Assembly: GCF_006345805.1 (NCBI RefSeq)
Contig: NC_043005.1
Span: 17,794,001 to 17,858,000 of the forward strand
Reading direction: 5' to 3'
DNA from: Octopus sinensis
Taxonomy: Eukaryota
DNA length: 64,000 nucleotides
Below, in pieces: positions 1 through 12,234 of this stretch; the first letter of the stretch is position 1, and each line of letters begins with the position of its first letter. The position numbers and the translations under genes are program-made. The notes below the pieces were generated by a model. The model was not told where the DNA came from and made no database searches. It saw only the letters and a list, made by a program, of their open reading frames with translations.

Positions 1-64
1 CTTTTTTCTTCTTCTCTTCTTCTTTTCTTCTTCTTCTTCTTCTTTCTTCTTCTTCTTCTTTCTT

Positions 65-164
65 NNNNNNNNNNNNNNNNNNNNNNNNNNNNNNNNNNNN
101 NNNNNNNNNNNNNNNNNNNNNNNNNNNNNNNNNNNNNNNNNNNNNNNNNNNNNNNNNNNNNNNN
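65..164. other. Assembly gap (100 N)
   Basis: Run of N. Confidence 0.99.
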
Positions 165-544
165 ACACAACTTAAATTCACCAAGACTATTCATTACCAG
201 TAGCGATAACTATTATGACAAGATAAACGCCTCCAAATGTTTTTTTTTTTTTTTTGCGGGCAAGGAATGGGTGACAAAGACTAAAAGTTAATTGGATATA
301 ATGAGGGCATGACTGTACATCATCAGTTTGTTCGTTTACCGGTACATGATTAATGTGACAAGTATTATCTTGTTGTGTCACGAATTCGCATCAAGACTCT
401 TGCAAACCAAATGCAAAAACAAGCACTACCGCTGACAGAAATATGTGTCTTATACTATAAAGGAATTGACAGGCTAAGCAAGGAGTGTATGTGAAAGAGC
501 TCCTATGAGCTAGCTCAAAGATGAAATAAGACTCTTCACAGATA

Positions 545-758
545 TTCTTTTCTACTCTAGACACAAGGCCCGAAATTTTTGGGGAGGGCGCCACTCGGTT
601 AGATCGACCCCAGTACGCAACTGGTACTCAATTTATCAACTTTGAAAGGATGAAAGGCAAAGTCGACCTCTGCGGAATTTGAACTCAAAACGTAAAGACA
701 GACGAAACACCACTAAGCATTTCTCCCGGCGTGCTAACGTTTCTGCCAGCTCGCCGCT
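545..758 (-). mobile_element. SINE family A (tRNA-derived), full length, tail type 2
   Basis: Minus strand reads GGCGAGCTGGCAGAAACGTTAGC (A-box-like), GAGTTCAAATTCC (B-box), TTTCATCCTTTC..GATAAATTGAGTACCAG core (resembles the Meta domain) and a CCCTCCCCAAAATTTCGGGCCTTGTG tail; more than 15 copies in the window. Confidence 0.9.
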
Positions 759-1564
759 TACTTTTCGTAGATGTTAAAAGCATTCTTTTATAGAATGATA
801 CTAGGTTTTGGTCTCTATTACAAGCCATATAACTAATCCAAGTTTGAAATTTCAAGTACCGAATCAGATAATGACTTCTCTTATTACCATTATCAGGAGT
901 TTTTTTGAATTAGCAATGCAGCTATTCATAAAAGAAAATTACTGCAGTGTTTGTTTTCAATCATGGAAAGAACTGGAATAAAAATCGATAGTGGGATATA
1001 CAACATGCTCCTTCAATATTTCTGAATCTATTTCAAGAGATTACAAGATTTACAGAATCATAAATTTGAATTACGATTGTGAAAAACTCCTCCTTAATAC
1101 GAAATCAAATGAAGTTTTTTGATTCGTTTCTGCACGAGTTAATTCTGTTACAATAAGATACAACTTTGATCTTCGTTAAGTTTCTCAACACAGATGTTTT
1201 TTTATATGCTAACAGTCCACCAGATTAATTTACGTGTAGCAACTTGTGGCTATATACGCCGACGCGGTCTCCATTCGCAATAAGCAACAGCTACATTGTA
1301 TCGAAGAACATAGAAACATACGCTGTATTAAAGAACATCTTAATAGTAGATTTAGTAAGGAACGTATCAAGTTCGTATCAGTTTTGCAAACGGTAGAAGC
1401 TTCGATAAGATTTTATTCGCCACTTGCAGTTATCCATCTCTAATCAATAAAGCTGGATTAGAATTGATAAATGAACTAAGTAAAGGTCAATCTTTAACAA
1501 TGTAAATGGAATATGTCTTACGTATCGCAACAATTTCTCGAGTAGGTTAAAGAGGAAAATTAAG

Positions 1565-1674
1565 TTGAGTGTGCGTGTGCGTCTATGTTGCATGTGTATA
1601 TGTGTGTGCGTATGTGTGCGCGCGTGTGTAAGCATATATATGTTGTATATGTATGTGTCTGTCTGTCTGTCTGC

Positions 1675-1748
<74 letters not shown>

Positions 1749-1848
1749 GAATATATAGATTGTTAGTCACTAAACCTTACCACATGGCCATATAGTTAAA
1801 TAAATTATATATACACACACACAAATATATATATATATATATATATAT
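1565..1848. repeat. Compound microsatellite (TG)n/(TCTG)n/(TCTA)n/(TA)n
   Basis: Direct reading. Confidence 0.95.
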
Positions 1849-1926
1849 AAGAGTTCGGCCATGGGCTCTTAAAGAGCCGCCTCGTTCAAATTGCTTTGTT
1901 GCGCCTCTGTTCTGTTTTGTTCTGCC

Positions 1927-2058
1927 AACGGAATTCCTTTTTTTTTTTTTTTTTTTTTACCTGATGAGAAAGCCACAATATGGTATCCTTATTTAATCAA
2001 AATTTGGAAAATTGTGGCTTTTGAAACATGTGTAGAATGCAATAAAAGGAATTCTGTT
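1927..2058 (+). ncRNA. Type I hammerhead ribozyme fold
   Basis: CTGATGA at 1961; stem II GAAAGCCACAAT/ATTGTGGCTTTT; GAAA-C-ATGT-GTA at 2023-2034; distal stem I AACGGAATTCCTTTT/AAAAGGAATTCTGTT; proximal stem I weak. Confidence 0.72.
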
Positions 2059-2095
2059 CAATCTTCGTTCAACTCCATTTCTTCAATTCACTAAT

Positions 2096-2240
2096 AATAT
2101 ATATATATATATATATGTATCTATGTATTTACATACACACGTACATACATACATTCATACAAACAAACATACATGCATACATACATTCATACATACAAAC
2201 ATACATACATACATATATACATACATACATACATACATGT

Positions 2241-2271
<31 letters not shown>

Positions 2272-2696
2272 CATACATATACACACACATACATACATAC
2301 ATATATACATACATACATACATTCATACAAACAAACAAACATACATGCATACATACATACATTCATACATACATACAAACAAACAAAAATACATACATAA
2401 TACATACATTCCTAATACATACATACATACATACATACATACATACATACATACATAATTCATACATACATACATACATACATACAACATACATACATAC
2501 ATACAAACATACATAAATACATATATACATACATACATACATACATACATGTATACATACCATACATACATACATACATATATACATACATATACACACA
2601 CATACATACATTCATACATATATACATACATACACACACATACATACATACATACATACATACATACATACATACATACATACATACATACATACA
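2096..2696. repeat. (TACA)n microsatellite
   Basis: About 600 bp of catacata repeats. Confidence 0.97.
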
Positions 2697-2961
2697 AGAT
2701 TTAAATACTTCAGTATCCTATATCTTTATAAACACGACAAACGGTAGCTGCAGCGAGGCAATACTTTCTTATTAATTTAGCGTTTGCTTTTATTATCCTT
2801 TCGTCTGAATAACGTCACACTATTCTATCCTTGAGGTTAGCAAATTTAGAAACGTTTCTTCTTAGGTTTCTCCTGCCCTCTTTCAGATAATGATTTTCTT
2901 TCAAGCTGACAATCGTGATCGACATCTAATTCTCTCTTCTATTAAGAATATAAGTAGGTCG

Positions 2962-3042
<81 letters not shown>

Positions 3043-3360
3043 CACACACACTTATGCTTTCATAAAAAACAACAGACACATAACTACAAACAAACAGATA
3101 TAAATACGTTAAATTATATATATATATAATATATATTATATATTATATATTATATATATATATATATAAGTATTAATTTATAAAAATATGGTAAAGTAAA
3201 AAAATTCACTTTACCACACACCGAACTTTCAGAAATAGCAGCCAAAAATTTGGCTATTTCTTCAACTGCAAATAAAAGTCTCCAGACAATGCAACTCAGA
3301 AAAAATAACTCACATAGGTATAAGGGAAAAACAATGAAAGATCACATCCATATACGATAC

Positions 3361-3426
3361 CCGAGGACAGTCTGTTTCTGGATTTGGGTGTTTATAAAAC
3401 GCCCCACTTTTCCTTCATCAGCTCAG
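3361..3426 (-). ncRNA. Type I hammerhead ribozyme fold
   Basis: Minus strand: CTGAG-CTGATGA-AGGA...GGGCGTTT tat AAACACCC...TCCA-GAAA-CAGACT-GTC-CTCGG; 5-6 bp stem I, GUC triplet, quasi-palindromic stem III. Confidence 0.78.
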
Positions 3427-3630
3427 AGATTTCTTCTGATTTAGATTTGAAAATACTAAGAATCTAACATACCCGTCCGATATCTGTAACATCGGACGAA
3501 CCATGCCAGACACCCAGTACTAGCGAATCCAAAAATACGAATGAGATCTATTATTCTCCCTGTCCACCCACGTGAGTCATAGAGCATTACATTTCTACAG
3601 AGGTAAAAACTGCAGTTCATATATATATAT

Positions 3631-3693
<63 letters not shown>

Positions 3694-3694
3694 A

Positions 3695-3748
<54 letters not shown>

Positions 3749-3754
3749 TATATA

Positions 3755-3910
3755 TTTTCTCTCCTTGTTTCTTTGTGTTCCTTTCTGTAGAAGAGCGTAG
3801 GCTCGAAACGTAAAAGACTTTTTCTATTCCTGAGCGTTATACTAATACATCTGTTTGTTTTGTACACCACCTGTCTTCATCTTTTGTTTTTTTTTTGTAA
3901 ACTCTCCCTA
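3755..3910 (+). mobile_element. Short (TA)n-embedded repeat with minimal hammerhead-like core (family H), copy 1
   Basis: CTTT-CTGTAGAA-GAGC gtag GCTC-GAAA-CGTA-AAAG at 3781-3816; near-identical body recurs at 8684, 27390, 33382 and 39160. Confidence 0.8.
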
Positions 3911-4288
3911 CATATATATACTACAAAGTAAGATAGGGGTTATGAGTGTAACACACTATGGGATAGTATTTATCCAATATAGTGTTGGTAAAGTACCCAG
4001 ATTCTTAATACATAAATGTTTTTAATTGCAATGCAATTAACTCATTTATAGTATTAAACGAGTGAAGGTAAATAAATATTTTTACCGTAAATTTATAAAA
4101 CAAATAAGAAAATGGAGAAACAATTTAGTTTGTTCATCAACTTTCGGATATTATAATGTTGGATTATTTATTCATTTAACAAAATGAGAACCTCAGTAGT
4201 ATACATATATATCTTATAATTCAATACATCTAAGATAAGAATACAAATTATAAAAGTCATAATATAAATTATTGAAATCATTAAAATC

Positions 4289-4433
4289 ACTTCTTACAGC
4301 TGTTTCAGCCTATGGCTAAAAGTAGTTAATTATATTTTTATTGCCTATAGGTGTCAACATACTGAGGTTGAAGGCATTTAAAAATAGGGTACTTACATAT
4401 ATAACCATTGGCCTCGTCAGAGGTTATAAGGAA
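4289..4433 (-). ncRNA. Type I hammerhead ribozyme fold with long stem II insertion
   Basis: Minus strand: CT-CTGACGA-GGCCaATGGTTA ...about 90 nt... TAGCCATaGGCT-GAAA-C-AGCT-GTA-AG; palindromic ACAGCTGT stem III. Confidence 0.72.
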
Positions 4434-4687
4434 CTTTAAAAATATTAATATTAATACAATAAACATGATACACGTATTATTTAATATATATAAAAAATAT
4501 GAACAAATATCCATATAGACATATGGATATCTGAGATATTTATCGAGCAACTTTGTAATAAATATCTCACATTTTGCATGAATTAAGAGGTGCTGTGAGA
4601 TGTGCATATGTGTGCCTCTCTTTCCACATCTTTCTCTTTACACACCCCACATACATACGCACACATACATATAAGCATGCTTATATA

Positions 4688-4723
<36 letters not shown>

Positions 4724-4728
<5 letters not shown>

Positions 4729-4942
4729 GAAACGTTAGCACGCCGGGCGAAATGCGTAGCCGTATTTCGTCTGCCGTTACGTTCTGAGTTCAAATTCCGC
4801 CGAGGTCGACTTGCTTTCATCCTTTCGGGTCGATAAATTAAGTACCAGTTACGCACTGGGGTCGATATAATCGACTTGATCCGTTTGTCTGTCCTTGTTT
4901 GTCCCCTCTGTGTTTAGCCCCTTGGGGGTAGTAAAGAAACAT
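4724..4942 (+). mobile_element. SINE family A, tail type 1
   Basis: GGCAGAAACGTTAGCACGCCGGG...GAGTTCAAATTCC...GTAGTAAAGAAA. Confidence 0.9.
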
Positions 4943-5062
4943 AGATTATATATATGTGTGTGTATAATATATACATATGATATATATATGTATATATCTA
5001 TGCATATATGTATATATATAAATATATACATGCATATATATATATGTGAATATATATGTATG

Positions 5063-5103
<41 letters not shown>

Positions 5104-5115
5104 ACACATATATAT

Positions 5116-5160
5116 ACGGGGGTTGGACAAAATAATGGAAACACCTTAAAATTTCCAACA
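5116..5160 (+). mobile_element. Tc1-like terminal inverted repeat fragment
   Basis: TA-CGGGGGTTGGACAAAATAATGGAAACAC resembles Tc1-type ends; no partner TIR seen. Confidence 0.4.
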
Positions 5161-5424
5161 AATTGTACTGTAGAAAAATATTTGTTCTTGCTGTGGTCGA
5201 AGTTGATTGGTGGCGTTGGTTCCTCCTGTGGCTGATGTTTCTTGTGTTTCTCTTGCTTCTTGCATTTCTCTTGAGAAAGTGAGTCCTGAAGACCTTAGAA
5301 TAACACCATCTGCATCCACCCTTCGGTGACTGCTGGATAGCACTAAGACAAGACTTGCACTATGTCTAGTCTTGTCTTTTTTTTATCAACTTTATCAAGG
5401 TTTCTTAATATTTTCGTATGAGTA

Positions 5425-5630
5425 AAGGCTGTGAGCTGGCAGAATCGTTAGCACGCAGGACGAAATGCTTAACCGCATTTTGCCCGTAGCTACGTTCTGA
5501 GCTCAAATTCCGCCGAGGTAGACTTTACCTTTCATTCTTATGGGGTCGATAATAATAAGTGGCAGTTGAGCACTCGGCTCTATGTAATGGACTTCCTCGA
5601 GACGGCTGGCCTTGTGCGAAGATTTGAAGT
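5425..5630 (+). mobile_element. SINE family A, diverged
   Basis: GAGCTGGCAGAATCGTTAGCACG...CAAATTCCGCCGAGG. Confidence 0.8.
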
Positions 5631-5689
5631 TAATATTTTCGTATGAATAGCTTGCAATCTGTTCTTTCTTTTTCTTTTTTCTTTTTTTA

Positions 5690-6092
5690 CTTTTTACTTG
5701 TTTCAGTCATTTGACTGCGGCCATGCTGGAGCACCGCCTTTTAGTCGAGCAAATCGACCCCAGGACTTATTCTTTGTAAGCCTAGTACTTATTCTATCGG
5801 TCTCTTTTGCCGAACCGCTAGGTGATGGGGACGTAAACACACCTGCATCGGTTGTCAAGCGATGTTGCGGGGGACAAACACACACACACATATATATACA
5901 CATATACGACGGGCTTCTTTCAGTTTCCGTCTACCAAATCCACTCACAAGGCTTTGGTCTGCCCGAGGCTATAGTAGCAGACACTTGCCCAAGGTGCCAC
6001 GCAGTGGGACTGAACCCGGAACTATGTGGTTGGTAAGCAAGCTACTTATCACACAGCCACTCCTGCACCTTACCACACAGCCACTCCTGCGC
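5690..6092 (-). mobile_element. SINE family B (tRNA-derived, CORE-like, internal microsatellite)
   Basis: Minus strand: GGCGCAGGAGTGGCTGTGTGGTAAG, GGGTTCAGTCCC, ACCTTGGGCAAGT (CORE-like), internal (TG)n, tail GACTGAAACAAGTAAAA; head partly duplicated. Confidence 0.88.
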
Positions 6093-6379
6093 CTGTTGGT
6101 TACAGACTGCAATGTCCATAGATTTATCATGTACGTTTCTTGGCCTCTATTGTCTCATCTGCGTGAAATAATAGTGGCGTATGTAACCGAACGAAGAGAA
6201 TGAACTACCGAACGGCGTGTCAACAGGATTAATGTTACTGACGCGATCAGTACAGACATCACTATTGGAGTTTTCTCTTGCTACATATAATGGACGTTGT
6301 CACTCAGATGTCTCCTTTAAAGATGTGAATTGTGTATGCTATCTGTGTGTATATTCCGCCATTGTGTTGCGTTTGCTTG

Positions 6380-6381
6380 TG

Positions 6382-6446
<65 letters not shown>

Positions 6447-6655
6447 ACACACACACACACACACGCACGCACACAGACAGACACAAACACACATTCACAC
6501 ACACATATGTATACATACTTATATATACATGCATTTCTATACATATAAATACACATACACACATATACATACATGCGTACATACCCACATACATACATGC
6601 ATACATACATACTACATACATACATACATGCATACATACATACGTACATGCATAC

Positions 6656-6712
<57 letters not shown>

Positions 6713-7035
6713 TATTATGCATACATACATATATGTATATATATGTTTTATACACACACGCACACAAAACACACACATATACACTTTCACATTTTGGTAT
6801 AAGAAGCAATTTTGGATAAGCCAACGTTGTAATGTCCAACCTGTCAATGCCGGCCAAATTATCATCCAATAGTCCAGATCTATCATTTCTAGGCAATAAT
6901 TGATCTGTTTGGATAATGACTTGAGTTTCTTCTCCTCGTTGCAACCAATAATGATCTCATCAAATAAGGTAATTACCCATATGTACACATATATGCATGT
7001 CTACGCGTATATATGCACACACACACACACACATA

Positions 7036-7092
<57 letters not shown>

Positions 7093-7115
7093 TTGTATGT
7101 GTATGTGTATATATA

Positions 7116-7171
<56 letters not shown>

Positions 7172-7186
7172 ATGTGTATGTGTATA

Positions 7187-7227
<41 letters not shown>

Positions 7228-7255
7228 GCATATATACACTTACATACACACATAG
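6380..7255. repeat. Compound (CA)n/(TACA)n/(TA)n microsatellites with a short unique island (6790-6980)
   Basis: Direct reading. Confidence 0.9.
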
Positions 7256-7709
7256 ATGTCTGTGTCTCAGTAGTAATGCATACGACTACAACTGGCTGCT
7301 GTCTTCCGGTGGTACATAGTTATAGGAAGATCGATTCTAATGAGAATCTAAATGTGCCTACTAAATTAGGTCGACTGTTTCCAGTGTAATAAAATGTATA
7401 TTTCATGAGCTCACATAATCATCGCGTTTTCTTCATTTTTATCTATATTACCCATCTCTCTCGCCTTCTCTCTGCCTCTCTTTCCACGCGCGTCTCCCCT
7501 CATCCGCACAGTTGTGCCGCTTGCTTGTTTTATATAAAAAAATGCAATTTGACATTAAATAGAAGGACCACTCAGTGCATTTTAGAATAGTTATTTAGTA
7601 ACCTATACAAGGAGACTTGACGTATTAGCCACCATTAAACTGACTATAGCAACTGCAAGCAAAGACATAGACACACGCAATGTGTGTGTGTGTGTATACA
7701 CATATAAGT

Positions 7710-8308
7710 ATTTTTATACTCAAGGCACAAGGTTCGAAATTTTTGGGAAGAGGGCTAAACGATTAGATCGAATCCAGTACGCAACAGGTACTTAATTTAT
7801 CGACCTCGAAAGAAAGAAAGCAAAGTCGACCTCGGCGGAATTTGAACTCAGAACATAAAGACTGGCGAAATACCTATTTCTTTATTGCCCATAAGGGGCT
7901 AAACATAGAGGGGACAAACAAGGACAGACAAACGGATTAAATCGATTACATCGACCCCAGTGCGTAACTGGTACTTTATCTATCGACCCCGAAAGGATGA
8001 AAGGCAAAGTCGACCTCGGCGGAATTTGAACTCAGAACGTAACGGCAGACGAAATACTTATTTCTTCACTGCCCACAAGGGGCTACACACAGAGGGGACA
8101 AACAGGGACAGACAAACGGATTAGTCGATTACATCGACCCCAGTGCGTAACTGGTACTTTATTTATCGACTCCGAAAAGATGAAAGGCAAAGTCGACCTC
8201 GGCGGAATTTGAACTCAGAACGTAGCGGCAGACGAAATACCTATTTCTTTACTACCCACAAGGGGCTAAACACAGAGAGGGCAAACAAGGACAGACAAAC
8301 GGATTAAG
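7710..8308 (-). mobile_element. Tandem concatemer of SINE A bodies (unit about 180 bp)
   Basis: Repeated ...GAACTCAGAACGTA.CGGCAGACGAAATAC|CTATTTCTTTA.. junctions near 7873, 8057 and 8241. Confidence 0.9.
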
Positions 8309-8419
8309 CATATTTGCATATTCCAGTATTCCCAAATCGTATATAGGTGTTATATTTGTGTGAAGAATACATCAGAATTGAAAAATATTGAAAAAATATT
8401 TTTTGCAGAGGAAAAAAAT

Positions 8420-8652
8420 AGTGTTATTTATTCACCATTATACGTGTGACACTTGCTAATTGGCGTCCAAAATTGTACATTTAAGAGAAACATGTAAGAC
8501 TTTTATTAGAAATTTTATTATGTGATTCTCAAAAATTATTATTTAATTATCTGTCTGAAGAATTTCTAGATGTTTAATATTTTTTTCTTACATGTACAAT
8601 TTTGTAACTCCTATTAGCAAATGCAACACATGTAATGGTGAATGAATAATAC
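8420..8652. mobile_element. MITE-like element with imperfect inverted arms of about 65 bp
   Basis: TTATTTATTCACCATTATACGTGTG..CAAAATTGTACAT versus ATGTACAATTTTG..ACATGTAATGGTGAATGAATAA. Confidence 0.6.
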
Positions 8653-8683
8653 CAAAAATTTTTTGCCCATCTTTTGATATATA

Positions 8684-8863
8684 TAGGGAGAGTTTACGAA
8701 AAAAAACAAAAGACGAAGACAGGTGGTGTACAAAACAAACAGATGTATTAGTATAACGCTCAGGAATAGAAAATGTCTTTTACGTTTCGAGCCTACGCTC
8801 TTCTACAAAAAGGGACACAGAAAAAACAAAGAGAGAAAAAATGTGTGTAGTGGCTAACGATCT

Positions 8864-8866
<3 letters not shown>
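8684..8866 (-). mobile_element. Family H element, copy 2
   Basis: Reverse complement of 3755-3910; core at 8777-8812; flanked by (TA)n. Confidence 0.8.
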
Positions 8867-8935
<69 letters not shown>

Positions 8936-9135
8936 AATACATACATATGTGTGTATGTAGGATAAAGAGTGCTCGATGCTCTGACCCAATATAATAAGCT
9001 TTTTCGGCTCATCCAATTTTCAGTAATTGTGGAATTTCGCCGATCGTTTGTCGCTTCAGAGGTCAGATGAAAGCTGATAAGGAAAAGCAGACTACTTCAC
9101 ATAACGGTAGGTACATGGAAGCATACAATTATTTG

Positions 9136-9540
<405 letters not shown>

Positions 9541-9775
9541 TACATATACATATACACACACTCAGATACACACACATACACACGCAACATGAGCAAGAAC
9601 AACAACGAAGCCAGCAAGCGAGTCTCTACACAGTTATTCGACCTGCTAGAAAAAGCTGCAAAATTTCTTTCAAACTACACCTTACCATCTTATCAAAAGA
9701 GGGACAGACTGAAAAAAAAAAGTTCTTTATATACAAAATAACGGGAGGGTCACTTTTGCTCTTATCAAATACACA

Positions 9776-10215
9776 AGTTTATGCGATGATGTTAATGTAA
9801 AATTCTTGCAACCACGGAAGGACTGAGACGAACAAGAAACTGGTTCTTCTAGGTTGAACTACATGAGCACTTGCAAGAGCTATTGTTATGTGTAGTTTGG
9901 GTTCTAATGGGATAGACAACCAATACGAAAGTCATTGTTATTGTTTACGTGTTTATTTACTTTAGCATGTTACACGGACTCGACATTCAGCGTAGTGATA
10001 CATGTACACTTTACACACAGCTTGTACTGTTCACTAACAAAATAGTGCCTAAAGTGGGGATGTATTCTGCATACGTAAACACATAGATATGAATGTGTAA
10101 CAGCTACATTCAATCTTGATACAAAATGTTCAAACACAAAATCTTAATTCATTGCGCAAGTATAAAACAGCAAAACTGATACAAACACGTTTGTGCAGCT
10201 GAAAATCTACAGAAT
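9776..10215 (+). repeat. Unclassified repeat, inverted partner of 15467-16095
   Basis: 10108-10215 is the reverse complement of 15467-15574; 9776-9876 is the reverse complement of 15993-16095. Confidence 0.8.
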
Positions 10216-10367
10216 CAATAAATTATAAATGTTTCCCAGTCGTCTCACATTGACTAATATTTGACTTAGAATTGAACCCACATTAAACAGTCGAAGCCAC
10301 TGTAATCCCTAAAGAAGGGCTAGGAGCACTGAACTTCCTCTCTTGTAACAATACTACTCTATTGTTG

Positions 10368-10750
10368 TAGTGGCTGTGTGGTAAGTAGCTTGTTTACGAA
10401 CAACATGGTTCCGGGTTCAGTCCCACTGCGTGGCACCTTGGGCAAGTGTCTTCTACAATAGCCTTGTGAGTGGATTCGGTAGACGGAAACTGAAAGAAGC
10501 CCGTCGTATATATGTTTACATATATATGTATGTGTGTGTGTGTGTGTATGTTTGTGTGTCTGTGTTTGTCCCCCCCAACATCGCTTGACAACCGATGCTG
10601 GTGTGCTTACGTCCCCGTAAAAAAAGAGACCGATAAAATAAGTACTAGGCTTACAAAGAATAAGTCCTGGGTCGATTTGCTCGACTAAAAGGCGGTGCTC
10701 CAGCATGGCCACAGTCAAATGACTGAAACAAGTAAAAGAGAGTAAAGAGT
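10368..10750 (+). mobile_element. SINE family B
   Basis: GTGGCTGTGTGGTAAG...GGGTTCAGTCCC...ACCTTGGGCAAGT...GAAACAAGTAAAAGAG. Confidence 0.9.
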
Positions 10751-11635
10751 ATTATCTTCCTCACACTCTGATGGCGGGCAAAGAACCGAAATGCTAGATT
10801 CTTAAGGTGACTGTATCGAATCCTTTTATGGTGCTTACGTTATCAACCATGGAAGCAAGACAAAATAGATCTCTGCGGGATTCGAACGCCTGAGCATGAA
10901 CGGTCTTAACTAGATCCTCTGGTCCACCCCTCTACTTTTTTTTGTCATACGTTATTCTCTTTTCTCTCAGTATGAATCTAAACTGCATCATCTTGAAATA
11001 TCTGATGTAGGCCTCTTTATCTGTATACACTGAGAATACACTATACACACAGTTAAAATTTTCTTCTTCATTTGATTACAGCATCATAAAAATAACGAAT
11101 TTCATTAATTAGACTGCGAATAGATAACAAAAATAAGATAAAAATAAAATAAAAATTCATGTGCTTAAATATCCCCGGGCTGGTTTTTACTTTTACCGCC
11201 TTCTTTTTACTCAGTATTATAATGAAGTTGTATTTGCAAAATTACATTACATTTTTTTTTCGTATTATTCTCTACTCTGCAATTAACTAAAATTCAGTGC
11301 TGGCTACAGCACAACACGAATAAGCATCAAGCATCGCCGGTGCGTTTTATGAAATGATTAATATGTAATTAACATGTCAGAAGGTAGCTGGTGACATAAA
11401 TCAGAAAGAACTAGGACATTGTACAAACGTGTTTATAGGACTGATGTTTCTTTTCCTATATTTTATTAGACAATTAATTAAGTATCATATCGATTAAAAC
11501 CCCCAAAACTAGAAAAAATATATATACTTCAACACCTTTTTTTTATCTCTACAACATAAGAGTTCTACAAGGGACGCAACTGCTTAAACCTGGGAAACTG
11601 AATATATTTATTTTTAGAATGACGTTCTATGTTTT

Positions 11636-11862
11636 GTGGAGGCGCGTGGCTTTGTGGTTAAGGTGTTGAACTCACTAATGTAAGATTGTGGTTTCAGTTC
11701 CTGCATCGGGCGATGCGTTATGCTCTTGAATAATACTCTTCATTTCACGTTGCTCCAGTCCACTGGCGAAAATGAGTAATCCCGCGACAGACCGGCGCCC
11801 CTTCCAGGAGAGGAATTTATACGCCATTGAAACCCTTAAGAGCCTGGCATGGCTCAAGAGGG
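11636..11862 (+). mobile_element. SINE family D (tRNA-derived), diverged
   Basis: GGAGGCGCGTGGC..GTGGTTAAG, CATTTCACGTTGCTCCAGTCCACT; shares head and core with 30907 and 48910. Confidence 0.7.
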
Positions 11863-11889
11863 AAATTTTTTATGTTTTATACTGGCTTC

Positions 11890-12120
11890 AAATTTTTCGA
11901 ATTTTAGTTTTAAATTTTAGCACAATTCCAGCAATTTTTATTTTAGGGGAGTGGGGTAAGTCGATTACACTGACTTCAGTGTTCATCAGCTACATATTTT
12001 ATCGAACCTGCAAGGTAGAGTCAATCTTGGCAGAATTTGAACTCAGAACGCTGCCGGTAGAAATACCGCCAAACATATCAATTTTGTCCGGCATGCTAAT
12101 GGTTCTACTAGCTCATCACC
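11890..12120 (-). mobile_element. SINE family A, diverged
   Basis: GAATTTGAACTCAGAACG..GAAATACCGC..GCTAA. Confidence 0.7.
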
Positions 12121-12234
12121 CTACGCTGGATTTAATAATTAAAAAAAGGCAAAATCTTAAGAAAAATAGTAGGATCTGCAATTGATGTTCAATCTCATTA
12201 GTACTTAATCTGGAAAATATATTCGGTCAAATAT

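Noticed and set aside
3220-3265. Hairpin followed by GAAA on the minus strand as another hammerhead
   Set aside because: No CUGANGA core and no stem III or GUH
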